Positions 23,551-33,258 of a stretch of 64,000 nt of DNA are shown piece after piece. The translations under genes and the position numbers were made by a program. Origin of the DNA: Planctomycetota bacterium (lineage in GTDB: Bacteria > Planctomycetota > UBA1135 > UBA2386); the NCBI GenBank assembly GCA_947501605.1, contig CANMWZ010000015.1, forward strand, positions 1 through 64,000, read 5' to 3'. Under the pieces are notes generated by a model, which saw only the letters and a program-made list of their open reading frames with translations, searched no databases and was not told the origin of the DNA. Each line of letters starts with the position of its first letter. Positions within the stretch are counted from its first letter, which is position 1.

Positions 23551-24456
23551 TCACTTGCCCTTGCTGTCCTTACCCGACTTCTCGTCTTTGCCCGCTCCGT
23601 CCACTTTCGCATTCGCCTCGGCGCGCTTGTGGACCAGCTCGAGCATTCGCTTCTGGTGCTTCAGGTAGTGGGCCGTGTGCGCAGCCACCATCTTCATCGT
23701 GTTCGCTTCGTTCTCCTCGTGGCCTTGGAACTGCGAACCACCGTAGACCTTGTTCATCACGTCATCAGTCGACTTGATGGTCCGCTTCAGCGCCGGAAAG
23801 GTCGCCTGCACGCTCTCCATCATCTTGGTCAGCGCCTTGACCTCCTTGCGGGCTTTGGGTCCACCGACCGGGGCGAAGTCCTCGAGCTGCTTCAGCAGAG
23901 CGTCGGTCTGCGTCAGAGCCTTCTGCAGGTCCTTGTCTTTCGCGTCTGCGAACGAGGGTTTGAAGGCCGCCATCTCGACGAAGCGCTTGCCGTCGCAGGT
24001 GGCGCACTTCCAGCCGCCGTCGCCCGAGCAGCCAGGACACTTGGTCGGCTTGGGCGCCCCGGCGACGCCGATCTCACCGCGACCGGCGCACAGCACGCAG
24101 ATCAGGAACGAAGCCGCGCCACAGGCAGGACACGGCGCTGTGTGCAGTGGGTCTTTCAGCTTGCCCTCGCCGGCGCACATGCGGCAAGGGGCCTCGCGCT
24201 CGGGTTTGCGCTCGCAGTCGAGGCAGAACTTCGCGTCTTCGGGATAGCGCTCGCACGTCGTGCACTTCACCTTGCCCTTGCCGACGCAGTTGGGGCACTC
24301 GTCGCCCTTGTACTCGGCCCACTGGGCAACGCCGTTCTCGTCCACCACGGTGGCGCGTTCGAGCTTCTCTGGGATCAGAACCTTCTGTTGCGCCGAACCG
24401 ACGGCGGCGAAGACGAACAGCGCGACCAGGGACAACAGGGGGGACATCGCGAACAT
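23551..24456 (-). CDS. Exported protein with DnaJ-type CxxCxGxG zinc-finger repeats
   Basis: Signal peptide; eight CxxC pairs, several of them CxxCxGxG; GAGGAG RBS. Confidence 0.75.
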   Translation of the reverse strand: MFAMSPLLSLVALFVFAAVGSAQQKVLIPEKLERATVVDENGVAQWAEYKGDECPNCVGKGKVKCTTCERYPEDAKFCLDCERKPEREAPCRMCAGEGKLKDPLHTAPCPACGAASFLICVLCAGRGEIGVAGAPKPTKCPGCSGDGGWKCATCDGKRFVEMAAFKPSFADAKDKDLQKALTQTDALLKQLEDFAPVGGPKARKEVKALTKMMESVQATFPALKRTIKSTDDVMNKVYGGSQFQGHEENEANTMKMVAAHTAHYLKHQKRMLELVHKRAEANAKVDGAGKDEKSGKDSKGK

Positions 24457-24746
24457 CGTGGACTCCTCGAACTCTCGCGCAACGGGCGGATGCGGGCGGC
24501 AGCCACCGACGCGCGGGGTGCAGAAAGGCTGCAGGGTTTCAGAATAGCCGGCGCGCGGCGCCGAGCCACAGCGACCAAGGCAGGTCGCGGACTCGAAGCG
24601 GGATCCACGGACTCCGCAGGGAGTAGGCCACCTCGCCAGCGATCGTCGGGGTCACAGCCAGCTGCCAGTGCCTGTGGCCCTCCCTTGTAGCAGCCGAGTC
24701 CCTGCCTCGGCATATCGCCCGACCGCCGGCGACGGCAGCCAGGCGG

Positions 24747-26081
24747 TCACTCGATGATGATCGACCCAGGCTGCGAGCCCGCGACACCGAGGGCATTGGC
24801 AAACGGATCGAGGGCTGCCAGCTGCACATCGAACGCGGCTCCCGCGAGGGCTGCGGTGGCCGGGACCGGCAGGGACAAGAAGCCTGCACCATCGGCTCCA
24901 ACCAGGACGATCAGACTCGCGTAGGGCTGTAAGCCGAGTTCGCAGCCAGGCGCGCCGAACGGGCCCAGATCGAGGGCTTGACCCGCGCCAATGTGGCCGC
25001 CGAGGAACAACACATGCAAGGCCGCCGGAATCGGCGTGCGCACGTCGATGCCGAACTGGGCGTTGCCGCGGCTCGGTTGGGTGCGGCCGTTGATGTGCAG
25101 TTCCCCCGCGCTCGTAGGACACACCGTGCCGAAGTGATGCAGCGGCGGCGATTGCGCGATGGCGAGCGCGGGCAGGGCGTTTGGCAGTGAGCCGAACGGG
25201 GCACTGGTAATCACCCCGTCGTGCACGACCGCAATCCCGGACACTGCCCCACTGATGCCACCGGCGATCAGGATGTCGTGCGTGCGGCAATCGAAGCCGA
25301 TCGACCGCGGGCCCACGAACGGGAGCTGCAGGTAGCTCACCAGCGCACCATCGTCGATGTTCACGGTGCGCAACGACGTCACCGGCAAACCGAAGGGGTT
25401 GTCGACGACGCCGAGGAGCAAGTGGCCGCTGTCGTCGATCGCGATCGCGTTGATCAGATCGACGACGCCGACTTGGGCCCGATGCAGCAAGAACGGCGGC
25501 TGCGTGCCCATCAAGTCCACACGGTGGACGTTGTGCACGTTGGCCACGATGTAGGCATGGCGACCATCGCAGGCCATAGCCGTTGGCACGAGTGCGGCGC
25601 CAATCGTGGCCAGCTCCGTACGAACACCACTGCTCTTGCTGATGCGACTCAGCGATTGCCGACCGAGGTAGATGAGATCTTCCCCGACGACCGCCACAGC
25701 GACGACGTAGTCCTCGAACAACGGCTGGGCATTGACGACTCGCCAACTCGTGACGATCCCAGCGCTCGCCTGGAACTCGATGATCTCGCAGATACTGCCG
25801 CTCGTCCCGGTGACGTTGTAGGTACCTGCGTAGTAGCGACCACGCACATACGGATCCGCACAGAGCGACGAGGTCATGGTCAACGGCGCCGGCACGTTCA
25901 CTAGGGGCGTGATCGAGGCCTGCGCAACATCCACGAGCCAGAGCCCGCCAGGGACGCTCGGCACTTGCGTCGTCGTGAGCCCGCCGACGAGGACTTGGCC
26001 GGGCTGCTCTTGGGCATCGAGGGACCCGATGCACGCAATCGCAGCGAGCAAGGTCGAGCCCATCACAATAGAGAGGTTCAT
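24747..26081 (-). CDS. Exported beta-propeller-like protein with a conserved C-terminal domain
   Basis: Signal peptide (…SLDAQ), beta-strand-rich repeats, C-terminal GAPGC…VPATAALAGAAFDVQ domain. Confidence 0.7.
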   Translation of the reverse strand: MNLSIVMGSTLLAAIACIGSLDAQEQPGQVLVGGLTTTQVPSVPGGLWLVDVAQASITPLVNVPAPLTMTSSLCADPYVRGRYYAGTYNVTGTSGSICEIIEFQASAGIVTSWRVVNAQPLFEDYVVAVAVVGEDLIYLGRQSLSRISKSSGVRTELATIGAALVPTAMACDGRHAYIVANVHNVHRVDLMGTQPPFLLHRAQVGVVDLINAIAIDDSGHLLLGVVDNPFGLPVTSLRTVNIDDGALVSYLQLPFVGPRSIGFDCRTHDILIAGGISGAVSGIAVVHDGVITSAPFGSLPNALPALAIAQSPPLHHFGTVCPTSAGELHINGRTQPSRGNAQFGIDVRTPIPAALHVLFLGGHIGAGQALDLGPFGAPGCELGLQPYASLIVLVGADGAGFLSLPVPATAALAGAAFDVQLAALDPFANALGVAGSQPGSIIIE

Positions 26082-26321
26082 AGTGCAGATCTCGGAGCGC
26101 ACGCGATGATAGCGCGCCGTCCATCGGCGGGGTCCGGCTGAAAGGCGTAGCGAGCCGAGCCAACGCTCTGCACCGCATTGGAAACCCACGCTCGGCAGGG
26201 CGATGCCGGCATTCCCCCGCATTGCGCGCGGTCGGACGCAATGTGGTGCGACGAAGATGGGGCCAGCAAAGAGGCGATCGCTGCCGCCGAATAGGCCCCG
26301 CGATGGCTGCCCGACGGACCT

Positions 26322-26378
26322 AGAAGTGGTTTCCCAACACCAGAGCTGCTGCGGCCGGCTCGTTGGGAAACCACTTCT
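26322..26378. repeat. Perfect 17-bp inverted repeat (long hairpin) in a divergent intergenic region
   Basis: agaagtggtttcccaac (26322-26338) and gttgggaaaccacttct (26362-26378); the 23-nt spacer can itself pair (gagctg/cggctc). Confidence 0.9.
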
Positions 26379-26717
26379 TGGAACCGCAACGGACTTCACC
26401 CATGGCATGGGCGTGACGCCGCGCGAACGCTGCTGACACCGGCGGCGTCGAGGAGGCTCTAGGTATCACAGAGAGTCCGCGCCGCTGCGGTTTCACATCC
26501 AGCAAGGTCGCGACTCCTGCTGCTCTGAGACGCCAATTCGAGTGGCCCGACTCTCGGGTTCGTACTCCATGTCGCGAGCGCTTCACGCTGCGTGCAGCGT
26601 TGCCGCTCGTCAACGTCGTCACCGACCAGCAGAGTCGTCACGGTGCCTTGCGCACGCCGAGCATGACTCGCCGACATGGAGTTCGAACTTGGAAGTCAGC
26701 CCACTAGAGTCCACTGC

Positions 26718-27728
26718 ATGGAACTGCTGCTGGTCGACCAAGACGCACCTGACCCCGACGCGATCGCACGCGCGGCAGCACAGTTGCGCAACGGGCGACT
26801 CGTCGCGTTCCCCACCGAGACGGTGTATGGCCTCGGCGCCAACGCCCTCGACCCAAGCGCAGTCGCACGCATCTACCGAGCGAAGGGCAGACCATCGAAC
26901 AACCCCTTGATCGTCCATGTCGCGGACGTCGCGGGCGCGCGCAGAATCGTCGCCGAGTGGCCGCGAATCGCCGAGCAACTCGCCGCGCGATGGTGGCCCG
27001 GCCCGTTGACGATCGTGCTCGAGAAGAACGCGTCGATCCCCAACTCGGTGACCGCCGGGCTCACGAAGGTCGGCGTTCGCGTGCCAGCACATCCGGTAGC
27101 CCTCGCGTTGTTGCGTGCGGCCGGCGTACCGATCGCAGCGCCGAGCGCGAATCGCGCCAACGCGGTCTCGCCGACCACCGCGCAGCACGTGCAGAACTCG
27201 CTGCCCGATGCCGACGTGCTGGTCCTCGACGGCGGCCGTTGCGAAGTCGGCATCGAGAGCACGGTGCTCGACCTCAGTGGTCCGGTGCCGACGATGCTGC
27301 GGCCAGGGGGCGTATCGCAAGCTGAGATCGAACACGAACTCGGCATGCCGATCCGGCGGGTAGAGGCGAGCGACGATGGCGACGCCGGGCGCCCAGCGCC
27401 TGGCATGTCGAAGAAGCACTACGCGCCGCGGGCGAAACTGGTGCGCATCCCCCATGGCGACGTCGGCGCGATGGCGCGAGCAATCGATGACGCCCGCAGA
27501 GCTGGCGAACTGGTCGCGGCCCTCGCGATCGGCGAAAGCGTATGCGCGGCAGCCGCCCCAGCCGCGTGCGTCGCGATGCCCGACGACCCGCACGGCTATG
27601 CCCGCTGGCTCTACGCCGAGCTGCACGCCATGGACGACCGCGGCATGACGCGCATCGTCGTCGAAGATGTGCCACCCGGAACCGCGTGGGACGGCGTTCG
27701 CGATCGACTTGCGCGCGCGAGCGCCTGA
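26718..27728 (+). CDS. tsaC: L-threonylcarbamoyladenylate synthase (Sua5 type)
   Basis: VAFPTETVYGLGA, AKGRPSNNPLIVH, WPGPLT, AAPSAN, GIESTVLD and the Sua5 C-terminal APGM…HYAP. Confidence 0.95.
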   Translation: MELLLVDQDAPDPDAIARAAAQLRNGRLVAFPTETVYGLGANALDPSAVARIYRAKGRPSNNPLIVHVADVAGARRIVAEWPRIAEQLAARWWPGPLTIVLEKNASIPNSVTAGLTKVGVRVPAHPVALALLRAAGVPIAAPSANRANAVSPTTAQHVQNSLPDADVLVLDGGRCEVGIESTVLDLSGPVPTMLRPGGVSQAEIEHELGMPIRRVEASDDGDAGRPAPGMSKKHYAPRAKLVRIPHGDVGAMARAIDDARRAGELVAALAIGESVCAAAAPAACVAMPDDPHGYARWLYAELHAMDDRGMTRIVVEDVPPGTAWDGVRDRLARASA

Positions 27729-27860
27729 CCCGAGAACCGCCGCGCCAGTGGCATCGTGCACCGCCGGCGCCCCGCCGCCGGACTACCGTCATCACGGCAA
27801 GATCGGGCGAACGCACTCGGGGCCTTGTCAGTTGCCCCCCGTGCCCCGATCGTACGGCGC

Positions 27861-30170
27861 ATGAACCAACAGAGTTCCCTTGGTCGTCGCGCCGATGCGA
27901 CGGTCTCGCGCCTCGCCTGGGTTGCCGCCTCACTGGTTCCACTCGCTGGAGCAATGGCCCAAGTGCAATGGCGGGAACCGACCGGTGTGGTCCGACTGAC
28001 TGGGCGAACGGGTGTCGCGCTGGCCTACGACCTCACGCGCCAACGCACAGTCGCATTCGGCGGCCTGAACGGCGAGGGCTCCAGCGACGAGACCTGGGAA
28101 TGGAACGGCTCGCTGTGGAGCCAGCTTCTCCCCGCCGTGCGCCCGCCCGCGCGATCGCATCACGCGATGGCATTCGACGTGAACCGCAATCGCATCGTGC
28201 TGTTCGGTGGCGTGCCGACGGGTCCCGCGGCGACGACGCCACTCGGGGACTTCTGGGAATGGGACGGCACGACGTGGACGCAGATCCCTTTCGCCATCGG
28301 CCCGTCGGCGCGCACCGGTGCCTCGATGACGACCGACCTCGTGCGCGGGCGCGTCGTGATGTTCGGCGGCGGCAGCCCCAATCTCTACGACGCGCCCGCG
28401 GCCGACGCCCACTGGGAATGGGACGGCACCAACTGGACGCAGGTGACGGGGACGCCGCCGCCGCGATCGTCCGCGAGCCTTTGCTATGACTCGACGCGCG
28501 GGCGCACGGTGCTGTTCGGCGGCATCGCGCAGTGCTTCGGCTTCTCCTGCCCGACCTTCGCCGACACGTGGGAGTTCGACGGCGTCGCGTGGACGCAGCG
28601 CCTCGTGGCGACGCCGCCGGCGCGTCACTCGGCGATGATGGCATTCGATTGGCAACGCAATCGCGTCGTGTTGACCGGTGGCCAGGGTGGTTGCCAACCC
28701 GCTTGCGGCATCAACTACGACGACACCTACGAATGGGACGGCACGCAGTGGACGCGCAACTTCGCGGCCACACCGCGCCTCACTGCGGCGGGAATGGTCT
28801 ACGACCCCGTCAACTCGAGTTGTGTCGTCTTCGGCGGGACGGCGATCATCCCGCAGCACTCGGGCTGGAACAGCGCCGAGACCTACGGCTTCGACGGCAC
28901 GTCGTGGACCACACTCGCGGCCTCGGCGATGCCGCCGGCGCGCAACGCCGACGCGTTGTGCTACGACGAAGCGCGCGCCGAGACTGTCTGGTTCGGAACG
29001 ACGGAGTCCACCAACCCAGGCGTCGCCGGCACGTTCACGTTCGACGGCACCACCTGGCAGCGGCGCACCCCGCTGGTCACGCCGCCGGCTCGCACCTACC
29101 ACGCAATGGCCTACGACAGCTTGCGTCAGCGCGTGATCTTGTTCGGCGGCCAGGCCAGCAACGGCGCGCTCCTCCGCGACACCTGGGAGTGGGACGGCGC
29201 GAACTGGGCCCTGGTGGCAACGCCGTCGTCGCCGCCGGGCCAGTATCAGCACCAACTGGCGTTCGACAGCGTGCGCAACGTCACCGTGCTCTACCCCGGC
29301 TCGCTCGGCCAGAACCTCGTGCACGAGTACGACGGCCTCACGTGGACGCCGCGCCCGTCGCCGACCACGCCGCCGAACCGCTTCGACGTCGCTCTCGCCT
29401 TCGACAGCCGCCGCGGGCGGACCGTGATGTTTGGCGGCGTGACCCAGTTCGCGCTCCAGGACTGCTGGGAATGGGACGGCGCGAACTGGACCCAGGATCT
29501 CTCGCCCGTTCGTCCGCCTGCTCGAAAAGGTGCGCGCATGGTGTTCGACGACCTTCGCGGTCGCTGCGTGCTGTTCGGCGGCTCCACTTCCAGCAACACC
29601 GTCCTGCAAGACACCTGGGAGTACGACGGCAGCGCCTGGACCCTGCGTCCGAGCACCGAGCTGCCGCCGCGGCGCTCGACCCAAGGAATGGCCTTCGACC
29701 GCGCTCGTTCGCGCACGGTGATGTTCGGCGGGTTCCCGGGCTCCGGTTCGTACGGCCATCTGCAGGACACCTGGGAACTGGTCACCGAGTGCGATCGCGC
29801 CGGCCCCGGCGAAGTCTCGGGCGGTGGCCTGCCGCTCGCGTGCGCCACGCCGCCGCGGATCGGCACGACCTTCTGTCTCAGCTATACCAACCCGTCGCCG
29901 AACGCCGCGGGCCTCAGCTTCCTGCTGCTGACGCCGGGGGCTTGCAGCGGCGCACCGGGGGTCGTGCCGCCGCCGACCGGCTGCGTCGCGAGCTTCCTCT
30001 ACGGTCTGCCGACGGAGGTGTTCGTGCAGATCGGCGGGCCTGCGACGTTCTGCTTCGCCGTGCCGAACAACCCGGTCTTCGTCGGCGCCGCGTTGTGCTT
30101 CCAGGGCTCGTCGCTGGAGACCACCGGGTGCTTCCGCGCCACCGACGGCGTGCAGGTCGTCGTGCAGTGA
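27861..30170 (+). CDS. Exported Kelch-repeat beta-propeller protein (about 12 blades) with a C-terminal domain
   Basis: About 12 repeats of …R.VLFGG…DTWEWDG..W; signal peptide ending AMAQ. Confidence 0.85.
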   Translation: MNQQSSLGRRADATVSRLAWVAASLVPLAGAMAQVQWREPTGVVRLTGRTGVALAYDLTRQRTVAFGGLNGEGSSDETWEWNGSLWSQLLPAVRPPARSHHAMAFDVNRNRIVLFGGVPTGPAATTPLGDFWEWDGTTWTQIPFAIGPSARTGASMTTDLVRGRVVMFGGGSPNLYDAPAADAHWEWDGTNWTQVTGTPPPRSSASLCYDSTRGRTVLFGGIAQCFGFSCPTFADTWEFDGVAWTQRLVATPPARHSAMMAFDWQRNRVVLTGGQGGCQPACGINYDDTYEWDGTQWTRNFAATPRLTAAGMVYDPVNSSCVVFGGTAIIPQHSGWNSAETYGFDGTSWTTLAASAMPPARNADALCYDEARAETVWFGTTESTNPGVAGTFTFDGTTWQRRTPLVTPPARTYHAMAYDSLRQRVILFGGQASNGALLRDTWEWDGANWALVATPSSPPGQYQHQLAFDSVRNVTVLYPGSLGQNLVHEYDGLTWTPRPSPTTPPNRFDVALAFDSRRGRTVMFGGVTQFALQDCWEWDGANWTQDLSPVRPPARKGARMVFDDLRGRCVLFGGSTSSNTVLQDTWEYDGSAWTLRPSTELPPRRSTQGMAFDRARSRTVMFGGFPGSGSYGHLQDTWELVTECDRAGPGEVSGGGLPLACATPPRIGTTFCLSYTNPSPNAAGLSFLLLTPGACSGAPGVVPPPTGCVASFLYGLPTEVFVQIGGPATFCFAVPNNPVFVGAALCFQGSSLETTGCFRATDGVQVVVQ

Positions 30171-30257
30171 GACGCTGACGGACAGCCGGATCGGGCGCCG
30201 CGTTCTGGACTCGCCGCGCGCGCGGATCGCACGGCCGTGCCAGAATGCGCCCCCCTC

Positions 30258-30485
30258 GTGCACGACCAACCGAACAACCCACTTCACGGCGTCACCCTCA
30301 AGGCGATCCTCGAGTTCCTCGTCGAGCACCTCGGCTGGGAGCAGATGGCCCGCGAAATCGACGTCCGCTGCTTCACGTACGAGCCGAGCGTCACCTCGTC
30401 GCTGAAGTTCTTGCGCCGCGTGCCGTGGGCCCGCACCAAGGTCGAGGAGCTCTACGTGCGGGTGAAGCACCCCCACACTTGGTGA
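30258..30485 (+). CDS. VF530-family (DUF2132) small DNA-binding protein
   Basis: NNPLHGVTL…GWE…CF…PSVTSSLKFLRRVPWARTKVEELY signature. Confidence 0.88.
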   Translation: MHDQPNNPLHGVTLKAILEFLVEHLGWEQMAREIDVRCFTYEPSVTSSLKFLRRVPWARTKVEELYVRVKHPHTW

Positions 30486-30529
30486 GCGGCGGGCAGAGTG
30501 TCCATTCCGTTGCTATCCTCCTCGCCCCT

Positions 30530-32134
30530 GTGACCGAGCCCGCCGACAGCCAGCCCGAGACCCTGGACCCCAAGACCCTGGCCGAGCGCGCGCGCACAAC
30601 GATCGCCTTCTTGCAGGAAGTGCTGTCGGATCGCGCGGTCCTCGCCCACCTCGACGACGAGCTGCGCAAGGACCTGCTGCAAGCCGCTGGACGCGTCGCT
30701 CGACCAGACCCATGGCAGAAGCGCGAGCTGTGGCGCGAGATGCGGCGCCAGCGCAAGGCGCAGAAGCGCGCCGAAGACGAAGAGAAACTCTCGTGCACCG
30801 GCATCCGCAAGCTGCGCAAGGAAGCTGTGTTCGTGACACCGCCGCCGCCGCTGCCGGCACCGGTCGCGGCCGGCACCGACCTCGACGAAGCGTTCGCCTC
30901 GGCGGCGACGGCAGCGCCGGCCGCAGACGCAGTCGACGCCCGCCCAGTCGTCCGCGAAGAACGCTACTGCTACGTCTGCAAGGCATCGTTCACCCGGCTG
31001 CACCACTTCTACGACTCGATGTGCCAGCGCTGCGGCGACTTCAACTTCGCGAAGCGTCAGCAGACCGCGGACCTTCGCGGGCGCACCGCCATCGTCACCG
31101 GTGCGCGCGTGAAGATCGGTTACCAAGCGAGCATCCTGTTGCTGCGCGCCGGCTGCTCGGTGATCGCGACGACGCGCTTTCCACACGACGCCGCACTGCG
31201 CTATGCGCGCGAGGTGGACTTCGAGGACTGGCGCGATCGCCTGCAGGTGCACGGTCTCGATCTGCGGCACACACCAAGCGTCGAGGCCTTCGCGCGCCAC
31301 TGCAACGCGACCCTCGACCGACTCGACTTCATCATCAACAACGCCTGCCAGACCGTGCGCCGCCCGACAGGGTTCTATCGCCACTTGATGGACCAAGAGC
31401 GCGAGCCGCTGTCGCTCCTACCCGATGGCGCCCGGCACGTGCTGCGTTCGCATGAGCAACTGCGCTGCCGCACGCTCGAACACGCCGCCGGAACCAGATC
31501 GCTGCCGACTGTGCCACAGCCGCTGCGCGACCACGATGCGCCCGAGTTGTCGCAGCGAGCCTTGCTGGCCGAAGACCTCGTGCACCACGACGGCATCTTC
31601 CCCGACGGCACGCTCGATCAAGACCTGCAACAAGTCGACTTGCGTGGGCACAACAGCTGGCGCATGCCGCTGCACGAGGTCACGACCGTCGAGTTGCTCG
31701 AAGTGCAGTTGGTCAACTCGGTGGCGCCATTCGTGCTCAACGCGCGCCTGAAGCCGCTGATGCAGAAGGTAAAGACGCGCGACAAGCACATCGTCAACGT
31801 GTCGGCGATGGAGGGGCAGTTCTACCGCGCCTTCAAGACCGACAAGCATCCGCACACCAACATGGCGAAGGCCGCCCTCAACATGATGACGCGCACGTCG
31901 GCGCGCGATTACGTGCAGGACGGCATCCACATGAACAGCGTCGACACCGGCTGGGTGACCGACGAAGACCCGGCCGAGATCGCGGCGCGCAAAGTCGAGG
32001 AGCACGGCTTCTCGCCGCCGCTCGACATCGTCGACGGCGCGGCGCGCATCGTCGATCCGATCTTTGCCGGCATCCGCACCGGCACGCACGTGTGGGGTCA
32101 GTTCTTGAAGGACTACGCCCCGACGCACTGGTGA
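30530..32134 (+). CDS. SDR-family oxidoreductase with N-terminal extension and Cys-rich motif
   Basis: IVTGARVKIG, INNA, VNVSAMEG, HPHTNMAKAALNM, NSVDTGW; CYVC…CQRC upstream. GTG start is uncertain. Confidence 0.85.
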   Translation: MTEPADSQPETLDPKTLAERARTTIAFLQEVLSDRAVLAHLDDELRKDLLQAAGRVARPDPWQKRELWREMRRQRKAQKRAEDEEKLSCTGIRKLRKEAVFVTPPPPLPAPVAAGTDLDEAFASAATAAPAADAVDARPVVREERYCYVCKASFTRLHHFYDSMCQRCGDFNFAKRQQTADLRGRTAIVTGARVKIGYQASILLLRAGCSVIATTRFPHDAALRYAREVDFEDWRDRLQVHGLDLRHTPSVEAFARHCNATLDRLDFIINNACQTVRRPTGFYRHLMDQEREPLSLLPDGARHVLRSHEQLRCRTLEHAAGTRSLPTVPQPLRDHDAPELSQRALLAEDLVHHDGIFPDGTLDQDLQQVDLRGHNSWRMPLHEVTTVELLEVQLVNSVAPFVLNARLKPLMQKVKTRDKHIVNVSAMEGQFYRAFKTDKHPHTNMAKAALNMMTRTSARDYVQDGIHMNSVDTGWVTDEDPAEIAARKVEEHGFSPPLDIVDGAARIVDPIFAGIRTGTHVWGQFLKDYAPTHW

Positions 32135-32165
32135 GTGCGCCGATGGCGGTCGCGGTCCGCGCGAG

Positions 32166-33140
32166 TCACTCGACCTTGGTCTGCAGCGCTAGCAGCAGCG
32201 CGCGCGCGCGATCGAGCACCTTGGAGCTGCCTTCGTTCTTGAGCAGCGCGGCCAGCGCCTTCGGCGCGCCATCGCCCTTCTTGCCCCGGAGTTGGTCCTG
32301 GATCTTGTCGAGCTTCTTGTCCAGCGCGACTTCGGCCTTCAGGGCTTCGCCGTCGAACTCGGCGACCATCGGCTGCACCTCGGTGACCCAAGGGGCACGC
32401 TGACCGACGCTGCGAGCAAGCTCCTTGCTCTGCTCCTCGGCCTTCAAGAAGTAACCCTGCGACTTCAGGTTCTCGATCGACTTCTTCGCCGATGCGAAGC
32501 GAGCATCGACCTCTTTCTGCAACTGCGTGCGCTCGTCGCCTTCTGGCAACTCCTCGACTGCGGCCAAGGCGGCGGCGAGGTCGCGCTTGCCGTAGAGCGA
32601 CGCGCGGACCTTGCGTGCACCAGCGCTGGCACCCCAGCCCTTCTTGACCTTGACCAGCTCGGCAGCGATGAGCTCGTCGATCTTCTTGGTGTCCGAAAGC
32701 GGATTGCCCGACCACAGCAGCGTCCCATCAACCCCGATCACACAGGCGTTGGGGATGCCGGGGGCTTCGGGATTCGGCACAAAGGTGCTCGTGCAGGCAA
32801 AGCAGTCATTGCCCGGAAACGTCTTCCACAGGAAGGCTGCGAGCTCGTTCTCATTCGCGCCCTGGACCTCGACCAGGATGCTGACGAGACCGCTCTTGCT
32901 GAGTTCGTGATCGTGTTTGATGGCGCTCGGCACGGAGCCCCCGATGCACGGGCCTCAATGTGTGCCCCAGCGGTCGATGACGACCGGCTGGCCATAGAAC
33001 TCGGACAGGCTTTGACGCCCGTCGCCATTCAAGAACTGCGAGAACGAGAAGTCCGGCATCTTGTCGCCGACCTTGGCGCGCTCTTGCGCGGCCAGCGGCA
33101 GGACGAGGAATGCCAGAGCGATCAGAGTGCGACGATTCAT
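32166..33140 (-). CDS. Probable selenoprotein: exported TlpA/redoxin (thioredoxin-fold) protein with a UxxC motif (in-frame TGA at 32955-32957)
   Basis: ORFs 32955-33140 and 32166-32933 share a frame. Read-through gives …KVGDKMPDF…GQPVVIDRWGTH-U-GPC…GIPNACVIGVDG, 324 aa with a signal peptide. Confidence 0.8.
32922..32954 (-). promoter_or_regulatory. Candidate bacterial SECIS element
   Basis: After UGA: GGCCCGUGCAUCGGGGGCUC-CGUGCC-GAGCGCC. The GCUC/GAGC stem has a loop starting 21 nt after UGA with G at loop position 2. Confidence 0.5.
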
Positions 33141-33258
33141 GGGTGACGATCCAGTCGGAGCAGGCGCGAGAGTCTAGCGATCGAACCCGTGCGACGCAGG
33201 CACCGAGGCCAAATGCCCTGGGGCCGGCGCGAGGTCACCGCTGGCCACCGGGCCAAAG

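Noticed and set aside
23551..24456. Multihaem cytochrome c
   Set aside because: None of the CxxC pairs is followed by His; the pattern fits DnaJ-type zinc fingers.
22006..24690. Long alternative ORFs (e.g. 22006-24690 +, 37220-40216 +, 50786-53350 +, 27930-30476 -, 14838-16544 -)
   Set aside because: They are antisense shadows of well-supported genes, expected in high-GC DNA, with Arg/Ala-rich motif-free translations.
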